Shown here one piece after another: positions 1-12,564 of a DNA stretch of 64,000 nucleotides. The DNA lies in NCBI RefSeq assembly GCF_988242995.1, contig NZ_OZ547043.1; one strand, 5' to 3'. Each line of letters starts with the position of its first letter. The stretch's first letter is position 1. The notes beneath the pieces were generated by a model. The model did no database searches. It had not been told where the DNA came from and worked only from the letters and a program-made list of their open reading frames with translations. The position numbers were made by a program, and so were the translations under genes.

Positions 1-580
1 CAAAGTGTTCTGCCATCAGCATAATGTCGCTTTCGCGCTCGCGCAGGGGCGGCAGTTGCACTACATCGAAAGCCAGCCGGTCGAGCAGGTCAGCGCGAAA
101 AGTACCTTCATTGACCATCGCCGGGAGATCGGCATTCGTCGCGCATACCAACCGCACATTCACCTGCAATGGCTGGCTGCCGCCAACGCGCTCCAGTTCA
201 CCGTACTCAATCACGCGCAATAATTTCTCCTGCACCATCATCGGTGCCGTAGCGAGTTCATCAAGAAATAGCGTACCGCCGTCGGCACGTTCAAATCTCC
301 CTGGATGACGTTTTTGCGCACCGGTAAACGCGCCCGCTTCGTGACCAAACAGTTCGGAATCCAGCAGATTTTCATTTAACGCCGCGCAGTTAAGGGAAAT
401 AAACGGCCCCTGCCAACGGGAGGAGAGATAATGCAGACGGCTGGCAATCAGCTCTTTACCTGTGCCGCGCTCGCCGATGATGAGCACCGGTTTGTCCAGC
501 GGTGCGAGATGCGAAACCTGTTCCAGCACTTCGAGAAAGCTGTTTGCCTCACCAAGTAAATTATCTTTGTATTCTGCCAT
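1..580 (-). CDS. pspF: PspF sigma54-dependent activator (5' part; gene runs off the window start)
   Basis: Reverse-strand ATG at 578-580 translates MAEYKDNLLGEANSFLEVLEQVSHLAPLDKPVL..., with GERGTGKE further in. The frame is open to the window edge, so it is absent from the ORF track. Divergent from pspA. Confidence 0.93.
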   Translation of the reverse strand, partial: MAEYKDNLLGEANSFLEVLEQVSHLAPLDKPVLIIGERGTGKELIASRLHYLSSRWQGPFISLNCAALNENLLDSELFGHEAGAFTGAQKRHPGRFERADGGTLFLDELATAPMMVQEKLLRVIEYGELERVGGSQPLQVNVRLVCATNADLPAMVNEGTFRADLLDRLAFDVVQLPPLRERESDIMLMAEHF

Positions 581-674
581 GATGAAATTCGCCACTTGTT
601 AGTGTAATTCGCTAACTCATCCTGGCATGTTGCTGTTGATTCTTCAATCAGATCTTTATAAATCAAAAAGATAA

Positions 675-1415
<741 letters not shown>

Positions 1416-1468
1416 TAACATCCAGGCGGCGTCCGAACGCGCCGCCGCTCATCGTCTAAGGAGTCCTT

Positions 1469-1693
1469 ATGAGCGCGCTATTTCTGGCTATTCCGTTAAC
1501 CATTTTTGTGCTGTTTGTTTTACCGATCTGGTTATGGCTGCATTACAGCAATCGTTCTGGTCGCAGTGAATTGTCGCAAAGTGAGCAGCAGCGATTAGCG
1601 CAACTGGCTGATGAAGCAAAACGGATGCGCGAACGTATTCAGGCGCTGGAATCCATTCTTGATGCAGAACATCCGAACTGGAGGGATCGCTAA
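1469..1693 (+). CDS. pspB: Phage shock protein B
   Basis: 74-aa single-TM ORF directly after pspA. Its stop overlaps the pspC start (ATGG at 1693). Confidence 0.95.
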   Translation: MSALFLAIPLTIFVLFVLPIWLWLHYSNRSGRSELSQSEQQRLAQLADEAKRMRERIQALESILDAEHPNWRDR

Positions 1694-2052
1694 TGGCGGG
1701 CATTAATCTCAATAAAAAATTATGGCGTATTCCACAGCAGGGTATGGTACGCGGCGTCTGCGCCGGGATTGCCAACTATTTTGATGTACCAGTAAAACTG
1801 GTGCGTATCCTGGTGGTGCTGTCGATTTTCTTCGGTCTGGCGCTGTTTACCCTGGTTGCTTACATCATTTTGTCATTTGCGCTTGATCCAATGCCGGACA
1901 ACATGGCCTTTGGTGAGCAGCTACCTTCCAGCAGCGAATTGCTGGATGAAGTCGACCGTGAACTGGCGGCAAGTGAAACGCGTTTACGCGAGATGGAACG
2001 TTATGTCACTTCCGATACTTTCACGTTACGTAGCCGTTTCCGTCAACTGTGA
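1693..2052 (+). CDS. pspC: Phage shock protein C
   Basis: 119-aa ORF with a PspC-type TM region and a leucine-rich C-terminus. Operon position fits. Confidence 0.95.
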
Positions 2053-2060
2053 GGAAAGTT

Positions 2061-2282
2061 ATGAATACTCGCTGGCAACAGGCCGGGCAAAAGGTGAAGC
2101 CTGGTTTCAAATTAGCAGGCAAGCTGGTACTTCTTACCGCACTGCGCTATGGCCCGGCGGGTGTAGCTGGCTGGGCGATAAAATCAGTTGCTCGCCGACC
2201 ACTGAAAATGTTGCTGGCCGTGGCGCTGGAACCGCTGTTAAGTCGGGCTGCCAATAAACTGGCGCAGCGTTATAAAAGGTGA
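2061..2282 (+). CDS. pspD: Phage shock protein D
   Basis: Internal ATG at 2061 gives [16 protein letters not shown]... (73 aa), preceded by GAGGAAAG. The track ORF starts 4 codons earlier. Confidence 0.9.
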
Positions 2283-2356
2283 GGGGAGTTTCGCAAAAAT
2301 TGTTAAAGCTAAGGCATATTATGGATGGCAATTTTCATCCATAGAAGGACGCTTAC

Positions 2357-2671
2357 ATGTTTAAAAAAGGCTTACTTGCTCTGACACTGGTGTTTTCACT
2401 GCCCGTTTTCGCCGCTGAACACTGGATCGATGTTCGTGTTCCAGAGCAGTATCAGCAAGAGCACGTTCAGGGGGCCATCAATATTCCCCTGAAGGAAGTA
2501 AAAGAGCGCATTGCCACCGCCGTTTCGGATAAAAACGACACCGTGAAAGTGTATTGCAATGCCGGACGCCAGTCAGGGCAGGCAAAAGAGATCCTTAGCG
2601 AGATGGGATATACTCACGTTGAGAACGCCGGTGGCCTGAAAGACATCGCAATGCCGAAGGTCAAAGGTTAA
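2357..2671 (+). CDS. pspE: Periplasmic rhodanese (thiosulfate sulfurtransferase)
   Basis: 104 aa with signal peptide MFKKGLLALTLVFSLPVFA and the rhodanese active-site loop YCNAGRQS. Confidence 0.95.
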   Translation: MFKKGLLALTLVFSLPVFAAEHWIDVRVPEQYQQEHVQGAINIPLKEVKERIATAVSDKNDTVKVYCNAGRQSGQAKEILSEMGYTHVENAGGLKDIAMPKVKG

Positions 2672-2789
2672 CAAATTACTTATTGAGCGGTGTAAACAAC
2701 GCCGCTTATTCATTTGATAAATCAAAATTAACCCACATTATTATCTCCAGTATCTAATCCTTTCTACAGCTTTCTGGCACAGGACAGCA

Positions 2790-4187
2790 ATGAAGCGACT
2801 TAAAAATGAACTCAATGCGCTGGTGAATCGGGGTGTCGACAGACATCTGCGCCTCGCTGTAACCGGACTTAGCCGTAGCGGCAAAACAGCGTTTATCACC
2901 GCGATGGTTAATCAGTTGCTCAATATTCATGCCGGAGCACGTTTGCCGCTTTTAAGTGCGGTGCGTGAAGAGCGCCTGCTGGGCGTAAAACGCATTCCCC
3001 AGCGTGACTTTGGCATTCCGCGCTTCACCTATGATGAAGGACTGGCGCAGTTATATGGCGATCCTCCTGCCTGGCCGACGCCAACGCGCGGCGTCAGTGA
3101 AATCCGCCTGGCGCTACGTTTTAAATCGAACGATTCGCTGCTACGCCACTTCAAGGACACCTCCACGCTGTATCTGGAGATTGTGGATTATCCCGGCGAA
3201 TGGCTGCTCGATCTGCCGATGTTGGCGCAGGACTATTTAAGCTGGTCGCGCCAGATGACGGGCTTACTTAATGGTCAGCGCGGCGAATGGTCGGGGAAAT
3301 GGCGAATGATGTGCGAAGGGCTGGACCCGCTAGCGCCTGCCGACGAAAACCGGCTGGCAGACATTGCCGCTGCGTGGACCGATTATCTCCACCACTGTAA
3401 ACAGCAGGGGCTGCACTTTATTCAGCCAGGGCGCTTTGTCTTGCCGGGAGATATGGCAGGTGCGCCCGCGCTGCAATTCTTCCCGTGGCCGGATATCGAT
3501 GCCTGGGGCGAGTCCAAACTGGCGCAGGCCGATAAGCATACCAATGCCGGAATGCTGCGCGAGCGGTTTAATTATTACTGCGAGAAAGTGGTGAAGGGGT
3601 TCTATAAGAATCATTTTCTGCGCTTTGACCGCCAGATTGTGCTGGTGGATTGCCTGCAGCCTCTCAACAGTGGGCCACAGGCATTTAATGATATGCGTCT
3701 GGCGCTGACGCAGCTGATGCAAAGTTTCCACTACGGGCAGCGAACCCTGTTCCGGCGTTTGTTTTCGCCGGTTATCGATAAGCTATTGTTTGCTGCCACT
3801 AAAGCAGACCATGTGACCATCGATCAGCACGCCAATATGGTTTCATTACTGCAACAACTAATTCAGGATGCCTGGCAAAATGCGGCGTTCGAAGGGATCA
3901 GCATGGATTGCCTGGGGCTGGCGTCTGTTCAGGCGACCACCAGCGGAATTATTGATGTTAACGGTGAGAAAATCCCGGCGCTGCGCGGTAATCGACTCAG
4001 CGATGGCGCACCGCTCACTGTTTATCCTGGCGAAGTTCCCGCACGTTTGCCAGGTCAGGCGTTCTGGGATAAGCAAGGCTTCCAGTTTGAGGCGTTTCGT
4101 CCGCAGGTGATGGATGTCGACAAACCGCTGCCGCATATTCGTCTTGATGCTGCGCTGGAATTTTTAATAGGAGATAAATTGCGATGA
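2790..4187 (+). CDS. ycjX: YcjX, P-loop NTPase of unknown role
   Basis: 465 aa with Walker A GLSRSGKT. Recognised as the YcjX family. Stop overlaps the ycjF start. Confidence 0.93.
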   Translation: MKRLKNELNALVNRGVDRHLRLAVTGLSRSGKTAFITAMVNQLLNIHAGARLPLLSAVREERLLGVKRIPQRDFGIPRFTYDEGLAQLYGDPPAWPTPTRGVSEIRLALRFKSNDSLLRHFKDTSTLYLEIVDYPGEWLLDLPMLAQDYLSWSRQMTGLLNGQRGEWSGKWRMMCEGLDPLAPADENRLADIAAAWTDYLHHCKQQGLHFIQPGRFVLPGDMAGAPALQFFPWPDIDAWGESKLAQADKHTNAGMLRERFNYYCEKVVKGFYKNHFLRFDRQIVLVDCLQPLNSGPQAFNDMRLALTQLMQSFHYGQRTLFRRLFSPVIDKLLFAATKADHVTIDQHANMVSLLQQLIQDAWQNAAFEGISMDCLGLASVQATTSGIIDVNGEKIPALRGNRLSDGAPLTVYPGEVPARLPGQAFWDKQGFQFEAFRPQVMDVDKPLPHIRLDAALEFLIGDKLR

Positions 4188-5245
4188 CCGAACCGTTAAA
4201 ACCACGTATTGATTTCGACGGTCCACTGGAGGTTGATCAGAATCCAAAATTCAGGGCGCAACAGACCTTTGACGAAAATCAGGCGCAAAATTTTGCCCCG
4301 GCCACGCTCGACGAAGCGCAGGAAGAAGAGGGGCAAGTTGAAGCGGTGATGGACGCAGCGTTACGTCCGAAACGCAGCCTGTGGCGCAAAATGGTGATGG
4401 GCGGGTTGGCTCTGTTTGGCGCAAGCGTTGTCGGGCAGGGCGTGCAGTGGACAATGAACGCCTGGCAAACTCAGGATTGGGTAGCGCTGGGTGGATGTGC
4501 CGCTGGGGCATTGATTATCGGCGCTGGCGTAGGTTCTGTGGTAACAGAGTGGCGGCGCTTATGGCGCTTGCGACAGCGCGCCCATGAACGCGACGAAGCG
4601 CGCGATTTGTTGCACAGTCACGGTACGGGTAAAGGCCGCGCATTTTGCGAAAAACTGGCGCAGCAGGCGGGCATCGACCAGTCGCATCCGGCACTGCAAC
4701 GCTGGTATGCCTCAATCCATGAAACGCAAAACGATCGTGAAGTGGTCAGCCTGTATGCTCATCTGGTCCAGCCGGTTTTAGATGCCCAGGCGCGGCGCGA
4801 AATCAGCCGTTCGGCGGCGGAATCAACGTTGATGATTGCGGTCAGCCCGCTGGCGCTGGTGGATATGGCATTTATCGCCTGGCGCAATCTGCGTTTGATC
4901 AATCGCATCGCCACGCTGTATGGCATTGAACTGGGATATTACAGCCGTTTGCGCCTGTTTAAGCTGGTATTGCTGAATATCGCTTTCGCCGGAGCCAGCG
5001 AACTGGTGCGCGAAGTGGGGATGGACTGGATGTCGCAAGATCTCGCTGCGCGTTTGTCTACCCGGGCAGCTCAGGGGATTGGTGCAGGACTTCTGACGGC
5101 ACGACTGGGGATTAAAGCTATGGAGCTTTGCCGCCCTCTGCCGTGGATTGACGATGACAAACCTCGCCTCGGGGATTTCCGTCGTCAGCTTATCGGTCAG
5201 GTGAAAGAGACGCTGCAAAAAGGCAAAACGCCCAGCGAAAAATAA
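4184..5245 (+). CDS. ycjF: YcjF inner-membrane protein (UPF0283)
   Basis: 353 aa, ATGA overlap with ycjX, several hydrophobic segments. Confidence 0.92.
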   Translation: MTEPLKPRIDFDGPLEVDQNPKFRAQQTFDENQAQNFAPATLDEAQEEEGQVEAVMDAALRPKRSLWRKMVMGGLALFGASVVGQGVQWTMNAWQTQDWVALGGCAAGALIIGAGVGSVVTEWRRLWRLRQRAHERDEARDLLHSHGTGKGRAFCEKLAQQAGIDQSHPALQRWYASIHETQNDREVVSLYAHLVQPVLDAQARREISRSAAESTLMIAVSPLALVDMAFIAWRNLRLINRIATLYGIELGYYSRLRLFKLVLLNIAFAGASELVREVGMDWMSQDLAARLSTRAAQGIGAGLLTARLGIKAMELCRPLPWIDDDKPRLGDFRRQLIGQVKETLQKGKTPSEK

Positions 5246-5304
5246 TGCAATATCGGGTGCTGACCGGATATCTTTACGCCGAAGTGCCCGTTTTTCCGTC
5301 TTTG

Positions 5305-5322
5305 TGTCAATGATTGTTGACA
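5305..5322. promoter_or_regulatory. TyrR box (autoregulatory) upstream of tyrR
   Basis: Perfect palindrome TGTCAA-TGATTG-TTGACA fits the TGTAAA-N6-TTTACA architecture, about 70 nt upstream of the tyrR ATG. Confidence 0.75.
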
Positions 5323-5392
5323 GAAACCTTCCTGCTATCCAAATAGTGTCATATCATCATATTAATTGTTCTTTTTTCAGGTGAAGGTTCCC

Positions 5393-6934
5393 ATGCGTCT
5401 GGAAGTCTTTTGTGAAGACCGACTCGGTCTGACCCGCGAATTACTCGATCTACTCGTGCTAAGAGGCATTGATTTACGCGGTATTGAGATTGACCCCATT
5501 GGGCGAATCTACCTCAATTTTGCTGAACTGGAGTTTGAGAGTTTCAGCAGTCTGATGGCCGAAATACGCCGTATTGCAGGTGTTACCGATGTCCGTACTG
5601 TCCCGTGGATGCCTTCTGAACGTGAGCATCTGGCGTTGAGCGCGTTACTGGAAGCGTTGCCTGAACCTGTGCTCTCTGTCGATATGAAAAGCAAAGTGGA
5701 TATGGCGAACCCGGCGAGCTGTCAGCTTTTTGGGCAAAAATTGGATCGCCTGCGCAACCATACCGCCGCGCAATTGATTAACGGCTTTAATTTTTTGCGT
5801 TGGCTGGAAAGCGAACCGCAGGATTCGCATAACGAGCATGTCGTTATTAATGGGCAGAATTTCCTGATGGAGATTACGCCTGTTTATCTTCAGGATGAAA
5901 ATGATCAACACGTCCTGACCGGTGCGGTGGTGATGTTGCGATCAACGATTCGTATGGGTCGTCAGTTGCAAAATGTCGCCGCCCAGGACGTCAGCGCCTT
6001 TAGTCAAATTGTCGCCGTCAGCCCGAAAATGAAGCATGTTGTCGAACAGGCGCAGAAACTGGCGATGCTAAGCGCGCCATTGCTGATAACCGGTGATACC
6101 GGCACCGGAAAAGATCTCTTTGCGTATGCCTGTCATCAGGCAAGCCCACGCGCGGGCAAACCCTATCTGGCGCTGAACTGTGCTTCTATCCCGGAAGATG
6201 CGGTCGAGAGTGAACTGTTTGGTCATGCTCCGGAAGGGAAGAAAGGGTTCTTTGAGCAGGCGAACGGTGGTTCGGTACTGCTGGATGAAATAGGTGAGAT
6301 GTCACCACGGATGCAGGCGAAATTACTGCGTTTCCTTAATGATGGCACTTTCCGTCGGGTTGGCGAAGACCATGAGGTGCATGTCGATGTGCGGGTGATT
6401 TGCGCTACGCAGAAGAATCTGGTCGAACTGGTGCAAAAAGGCGTGTTCCGTGAAGATCTCTATTATCGTCTGAACGTGTTGACGCTCAATCTGCCGCCGC
6501 TACGTGACTGTCCGCAGGACATCATGCCTTTAACCGAGCTGTTCGTCGCCCGCTTTGCCGACGAGCAGGGCGTGCCGCGTCCGAAACTGGCCGCTGACCT
6601 GAATACTGTACTTACGCGTTATGCGTGGCCGGGAAATGTGCGGCAGTTAAAGAACGCTATTTATCGCGCACTAACACAACTGGACGGTTATGAGCTGCGT
6701 CCTCAGGATATTTTGTTGCCGGATTATGACGCCGCAACGGTAGCCGTGGGCGAAGATGCGATGGAAGGTTCGCTGGACGAAATCACCAGCCGTTTTGAAC
6801 GCTCGGTATTAACCCAGCTTTATCGCAATTATCCCAGCACGCGCAAACTGGCAAAACGTCTCGGCGTTTCGCATACCGCGATTGCCAATAAGTTGCGGGA
6901 ATATGGTCTGAGTCAGAAGAAGAACGAAGAGTAA
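5393..6934 (+). CDS. tyrR: TyrR aromatic amino-acid regulon regulator
   Basis: ATG at 5393 gives MRLEVFCEDRLGLTRELLDLL... (513 aa). Central AAA+ domain GDTGTGKD and C-terminal HTH. The track ORF carries a 9-codon upstream extension. Confidence 0.96.
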   Translation: MRLEVFCEDRLGLTRELLDLLVLRGIDLRGIEIDPIGRIYLNFAELEFESFSSLMAEIRRIAGVTDVRTVPWMPSEREHLALSALLEALPEPVLSVDMKSKVDMANPASCQLFGQKLDRLRNHTAAQLINGFNFLRWLESEPQDSHNEHVVINGQNFLMEITPVYLQDENDQHVLTGAVVMLRSTIRMGRQLQNVAAQDVSAFSQIVAVSPKMKHVVEQAQKLAMLSAPLLITGDTGTGKDLFAYACHQASPRAGKPYLALNCASIPEDAVESELFGHAPEGKKGFFEQANGGSVLLDEIGEMSPRMQAKLLRFLNDGTFRRVGEDHEVHVDVRVICATQKNLVELVQKGVFREDLYYRLNVLTLNLPPLRDCPQDIMPLTELFVARFADEQGVPRPKLAADLNTVLTRYAWPGNVRQLKNAIYRALTQLDGYELRPQDILLPDYDAATVAVGEDAMEGSLDEITSRFERSVLTQLYRNYPSTRKLAKRLGVSHTAIANKLREYGLSQKKNEE

Positions 6935-6939
6935 GCGCG

Positions 6940-6974
6940 AATATGCCTGATGGTGCAACACCATCAGGCATATT
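6940..6974. terminator. Bidirectional stem-loop between convergent tyrR and tpx
   Basis: AATATGCCTGATGGTG-CAA-CACCATCAGGCATATT, a 16-bp perfect stem between the two stop codons. Confidence 0.8.
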
Positions 6975-6977
6975 AAC

Positions 6978-7484
6978 TTATGCTTTCAGTACAGCCAGAG
7001 CTGCTTCGTAATCCGGCTCGGTGGTGATTTCATCCACCAGTTGGCTGAAAATCACATTGTCATTTTCATCAATAACCACAACGGCACGCGCTGCCAGACC
7101 TTTCAGTGGGCCATCAGCAATTGCCACACCGTAGGCTTGCAGGAATTCAGCGTTACGGAAAGTGGAGAGGGTGATAACGTTGTTCAGACCTTCTGCGCCG
7201 CAGAAACGAGACTGGGCGAACGGCAGATCGGCAGAAATACACAGCACAACGGTGTTGTCGATCTCGGTTGCCAGTTGGTTAAACTTACGTACTGATGCGG
7301 CGCAAACACCGGTATCAATACTCGGGAAAATGTTCAGCACTTTGCGTTTACCCGCAAACTGACCGAGGGTGACGTCAGACAGATCTTTTGCCACGAGAGT
7401 AAAAGTCTGCGCTTTGCTACCCGCCTGCGGGATGGAATTGGCGACTGTAACCGGGTTGCCCTGGAAATGAACGGTTTGTGACAT
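6978..7484 (-). CDS. tpx: Thiol peroxidase
   Basis: 168 aa, [28 protein letters not shown]..., peroxiredoxin motif SIDTGVCA. Confidence 0.97.
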   Translation of the reverse strand: MSQTVHFQGNPVTVANSIPQAGSKAQTFTLVAKDLSDVTLGQFAGKRKVLNIFPSIDTGVCAASVRKFNQLATEIDNTVVLCISADLPFAQSRFCGAEGLNNVITLSTFRNAEFLQAYGVAIADGPLKGLAARAVVVIDENDNVIFSQLVDEITTEPDYEAALAVLKA

Positions 7485-7592
7485 GATTATCTTTCCTGTT
7501 TACATATAGTTAACGTCACACCTAGTTTATGCTAACTGTCAATAACACAGCAAACGCTATTTGCGCTTAATCCGCAGACCACCGCGACAACA

Positions 7593-8542
<950 letters not shown>

Positions 8543-8568
<26 letters not shown>

Positions 8569-9271
8569 GATGCCAGCGCAGCAAGTTTGCCATCGCAAAG
8601 AGATATTTTTCGCTGGCTTCGTCGGAGGAGATGGGGGGAAACTCTGCGGTGATGCAATGCAGGTTGAGATCCGCACACCAACTACCGAAAGAGCCAGGTG
8701 TTTCATAACCGACGCTGGTTACCAGAGGCAATTCAAACGCCTGGGCCAGCCATTCGCCTAATTCGCTGTGTCTGGGATCTTCAATACAGGCCAGCGGATC
8801 GTGGAATGAGACCACCCAGGCGGGTTGAATGCGGTGTATAAGCTGGCACAGCGCCTGGGTTTCAGGTTCAGAGCCAGGTTTGTCACCTGTCAGCAATACG
8901 ACATCACGTTCTTCAGCGGCGCTGTTCCAGCGATAAACGGTTTCACCTTCCTTCCAGTTCGCCGCCGGAAAGTTTCTGTTTAAATCCACACCATTAGCAT
9001 TGGCCCGTAACCCCAACTGGCAGCCGTCAGGATTCACACACAGCACCACATGATGGCGGCGCAAAGACGGTGTCAAAGTCCGCAGAGCACAGGAGAGCGT
9101 GACGACCGAAGAGTTTTCATCACCGTGAGTGCCAGCCAGAATCAAACCACTTTCGCGGCTGGCTGCAGGGGCCGGAAACCAGATTAACGGCGCGCCCAAT
9201 AATGAACGTCCGTAATGTTCTGTTCCGGGCGGAAATGCGCCGCGTTCGGCGCGTGGGCGAGTTACGGTCAT
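8543..9271 (-). CDS. mpaA: Murein tripeptide amidase A (gamma-D-Glu-DAP amidase)
   Basis: Internal start gives MTVTRPRAERGAFPPGTEHYGRSLLG... (242 aa) with M14 carboxypeptidase-like motifs HGDE and NRNF. Confidence 0.92.
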
Positions 9272-9516
9272 GATCGTCTCTGGTTCAGGAAGTATTACAG
9301 GCAGTGTTGTGCAAATTTTGCGGATTATCAAATCCTTTTCTTCAACGCTATGTCATCGATCTTGTATCACCTTTTTGCCGGAAGTTGTTTGCATTTTCAT
9401 TGATGGTCAGATATTAGAATTGTCGTAATGTTATATACATGGCGTATTTTATTCTTACTGGTTCTACACATGTTAATCGCATCTGATTGATCAGTTCACC
9501 TTAATAAGTTTAATAA

Positions 9517-9543
9517 ATCGTACTGCACATAGTACAGTACGAT
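9517..9543 (-). terminator. Stem-loop just downstream of ymjC (possible intra-operon terminator or attenuator)
   Basis: ATCGTACTG-N9-CAGTACGAT, a 9-bp perfect stem 19 nt past the ymjC stop. AT-rich on the minus-strand 3' side. Confidence 0.35.
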
Positions 9544-9561
9544 GGTAGCTATATAATTGAT

Positions 9562-10200
9562 TTACATGAAGAATGGCTTGTCGCCATCAGTCCCGGGTTG
9601 ATTGATTCCTATATTCTCACCAATGTGTTTCTCAGGTTTATCGATGATATCTGTAATTAATGCTGCGACACTCTTACGTGATACGATCGTACCTTTGAAT
9701 GGTTCATTGCGTGAGGTAAGCTCATAATCAATAATATCTTCATCGGTCAGCCAGGCAGGGCGAAGAATTGTATATTCCAGTCCAGAAGCCTCAATTGCAT
9801 CCGCAGCCCTGCGGAATGGTTTTAGGGGTTCACCAATAACTGCATTATTCCATTCGCCAAATTTTCCTGGAACTTCATCATAAATACCGAGGGAAAGAAC
9901 AAAGATCAGACGTTTAACATCACAGGCTTTCATCGCAGCGATCACTGAATTTGCCTGAATATCTAAATCTTCCCCCGTAAGGTTGGCATACACAACATCC
10001 TGTCCCTGCATGGCCTGCTTCAGTGCTGCATGATTCAGTACATCCCCCATAATAATCTTGCTATTAGTGGGATAGGGTTTGTGGATTTTTGCTGGCTGAC
10101 GGGCAAATAAAGTTTGTTTAATGGTTTGTTTATCTGCCAGTTGATTAATCACATGGCGGGCTATCTGACCGCCAGCACCAAGAATCAGTACATTTTTCAT
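9562..10200 (-). CDS. ymjC: NAD(P)-binding Rossmann oxidoreductase (NmrA/SDR-like), intact frame
   Basis: 212 aa with N-terminal ILGAGGQIARH dinucleotide-binding motif. By position it corresponds to the ymjC/ymjD fragments I recall as pseudogenic in K-12. Confidence 0.8.
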   Translation of the reverse strand: MKNVLILGAGGQIARHVINQLADKQTIKQTLFARQPAKIHKPYPTNSKIIMGDVLNHAALKQAMQGQDVVYANLTGEDLDIQANSVIAAMKACDVKRLIFVLSLGIYDEVPGKFGEWNNAVIGEPLKPFRRAADAIEASGLEYTILRPAWLTDEDIIDYELTSRNEPFKGTIVSRKSVAALITDIIDKPEKHIGENIGINQPGTDGDKPFFM

Positions 10201-10270
10201 GAAACTTTTCCCAGATTATTGGCAGCAATATGCCAGGCCATATCACTATTACGGATTTGAATATGTTTCA

Positions 10271-11191
10271 TTACAGAGTTTCCTCAAAGAACGGAGCTAA
10301 TACTGAAATTGCTTCAGCCACATAGACTTTGCCGTCATAAAGATCCATATGGTTTGCGCCTTCAACAATGTGATAGCGTTTATCCTGGCTTGATGCTCGA
10401 TCGTACAGGTCGTCACTCATCCATTTGCTCCCAGCCTGGCTGCCCGCCACAATCTGTATCGGCTGAGTCAGGTACACTTCCGCCATATGGTAAGCATCAT
10501 AGGTAATAATCTGGTTAAGGCTGCGCAAAGTAGCGTAACCCGGTGCTGTTGGGTACTGCGCGCGAGGGGTGTGGTAATACTCCCAGGCCTGACGCAGTTC
10601 TTCGTTCGGCGCATCGGACTCCTTCATTGGTGCCAGTGGCATAGTGGCGTATTCTCCGCTGCTAATATCGCTGGTTCGGGCGTTTGAACCCGCGTCAACG
10701 TATGGTAGGGCATCAATAGATTTCACATTGTTTTCCCAACCATTACGGAACATCGAACCAATATTGACCGCACTAACAGTACCGATGGCCTTGATGCGGC
10801 GATCCTGAATTGCAGCATTGGCTGTATATCCTGCACCGGCACAAATTCCCATCGCACCAATTCGGCTATTGTCGACATAAGAAAGCGTTGTCAGGTAATC
10901 AATCACGGCACTGACGTCTTCAGTACGAATGTATGGGTTTTCTAACTGACGCGGCTCGCCGCCGCTTTCACCTTGATAAGATGCGTCATAAGCAATAGTG
11001 ACAAATCCCTTTTCCGCCAGTTTTTCGGCATAGGTTCCGGCCGTTTGCTCTTTAACGCCCCCACCTGGGTGAGATACCACAATTGCCGGATACTGACGGG
11101 TTTCATCAAATTTTGGAGGGAAATAGATCACTGCAGACAAAGAGATGGTTGGATTATTGCTGTTAGTGAAGCTGACTTTATTATTCATCAT
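10271..11191 (-). CDS. ycjY: Alpha/beta hydrolase (dienelactone hydrolase/S9-like)
   Basis: MMNNKVSFTNSNNPTISLSAVIYFPPKF... (306 aa from the second start), with a nucleophile-elbow-like GICAG. Confidence 0.9.
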   Translation of the reverse strand: MMNNKVSFTNSNNPTISLSAVIYFPPKFDETRQYPAIVVSHPGGGVKEQTAGTYAEKLAEKGFVTIAYDASYQGESGGEPRQLENPYIRTEDVSAVIDYLTTLSYVDNSRIGAMGICAGAGYTANAAIQDRRIKAIGTVSAVNIGSMFRNGWENNVKSIDALPYVDAGSNARTSDISSGEYATMPLAPMKESDAPNEELRQAWEYYHTPRAQYPTAPGYATLRSLNQIITYDAYHMAEVYLTQPIQIVAGSQAGSKWMSDDLYDRASSQDKRYHIVEGANHMDLYDGKVYVAEAISVLAPFFEETL

Positions 11192-11328
11192 TCCGTTCCT
11201 CATGGAGTTGTCGGTTCGTTTTAACGGTTGGTGATATCACTATAGATATTGATCATTAAGTTGATTAGACCCAAAATCATGATTAGACCTATCATTTAAA
11301 TGATTAATAGATTGTATGGAGATACTGA

Positions 11329-12228
11329 ATGAAGCGTGAAGAAATCGCTGATCTGATGGCGTTTGTCGTCGTTGCAGAGGAGCGTAGCTTCACTCGCGCA
11401 GCAGCCCGCCTGAGCATGGCGCAGTCAGCTTTAAGCCAGATAGTGCGCCGTATAGAAGAACGATTGGGATTGCGGCTTCTGACGCGAACCACGCGCAGCG
11501 TTGTACCCACTGAAGCGGGCGAGCATCTTTTGTCTGTTCTTGGCCCTATGTTGCATGACATAGATTCTGCCCTGACATCCCTGAGCGATCTGCAGAACCG
11601 CCCATCCGGGACAATACGTATTACTACTGTAGAACATGCAGCAAAAACGATATTGTTACCAGCTATGCGCACATTCCTGAAATCGCATCCTGAAATTGAT
11701 ATCCAGCTTACCATTGATTATGGTTTGACCGATGTCGTTTCTGAACGTTTTGATGCAGGCGTCCGTCTGGGTGGGGAGATGGATAAAGATATGATCGCCA
11801 TTCGAATCGGGCCAGATATACCAATGGCTATTGTTGGCTCACCGGATTATTTTTCTCGTCGAAGTGCTCCAACGTCAGTGTCACAATTAATAGATCATCA
11901 GGCAATTAATTTGTATCTTCCCACATCGGGTACAGCAAATCGCTGGAGATTAATACGCGGTGGACGTGAAGTTCGTGTTCGCATGGAAGGTCAGCTTTTA
12001 CTGAATACGATAGACCTGATCATTGATGCTGCAATTGATGGGCATGGATTGGCGTATCTACCTTATGATCAGGTTGAGCGGGCTATTAAAGAAAAAAAAC
12101 TGATACGTGTTTTGGATAAATTCACACCAGATTTACCCGGTTATCACCTGTACTATCCACACCGTCGACATGCTGGCTCGGCATTCTCATTATTTATAGA
12201 TAGGCTGAAGTATAAAGGTGCTGTTTAG
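11329..12228 (+). CDS. pgrR: LysR-family regulator of murein peptide degradation genes
   Basis: 299 aa with N-terminal LysR HTH (FVVVAEERSFTRAAARLSMAQSALSQ). Divergent from ycjY. Confidence 0.92.
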   Translation: MKREEIADLMAFVVVAEERSFTRAAARLSMAQSALSQIVRRIEERLGLRLLTRTTRSVVPTEAGEHLLSVLGPMLHDIDSALTSLSDLQNRPSGTIRITTVEHAAKTILLPAMRTFLKSHPEIDIQLTIDYGLTDVVSERFDAGVRLGGEMDKDMIAIRIGPDIPMAIVGSPDYFSRRSAPTSVSQLIDHQAINLYLPTSGTANRWRLIRGGREVRVRMEGQLLLNTIDLIIDAAIDGHGLAYLPYDQVERAIKEKKLIRVLDKFTPDLPGYHLYYPHRRHAGSAFSLFIDRLKYKGAV

Positions 12229-12564
12229 CACTACTTGCTGATACATTAATTTAATTCTTCTCTTAACGTATTCTCAGTTCCTTTCAACGTTTTGGTCATT
12301 TTTTATTCTTCGTACAATGGCGACAGATGCTGATTATGATACCGAAAACGGGTTTGAACGTGCGAAGCCCGAACGTAGTGTTCGGAGTTCTATGTGCTTT
12401 ACCGCATTTTGGAGACTATTATTTACACTAAATCTGATTTGATATATTGATACTTAAAACATTTGATGCTTCCTTTGTCACTTTTTTGATGGAAGTTGTT
12501 TGCATTTCTTTAAGGCGAAACAAATAATTACGCATCAATTTTAATGTCGGTTAGAGGGAAACTT

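Noticed and set aside
12300-12440. 41-codon ORF (MATDADYDTENGFERAKPERSVRSS...) in the pgrR-mppA spacer
   Set aside because: It has no convincing SD, I recognise no homology, and nothing beyond an open frame supports it.
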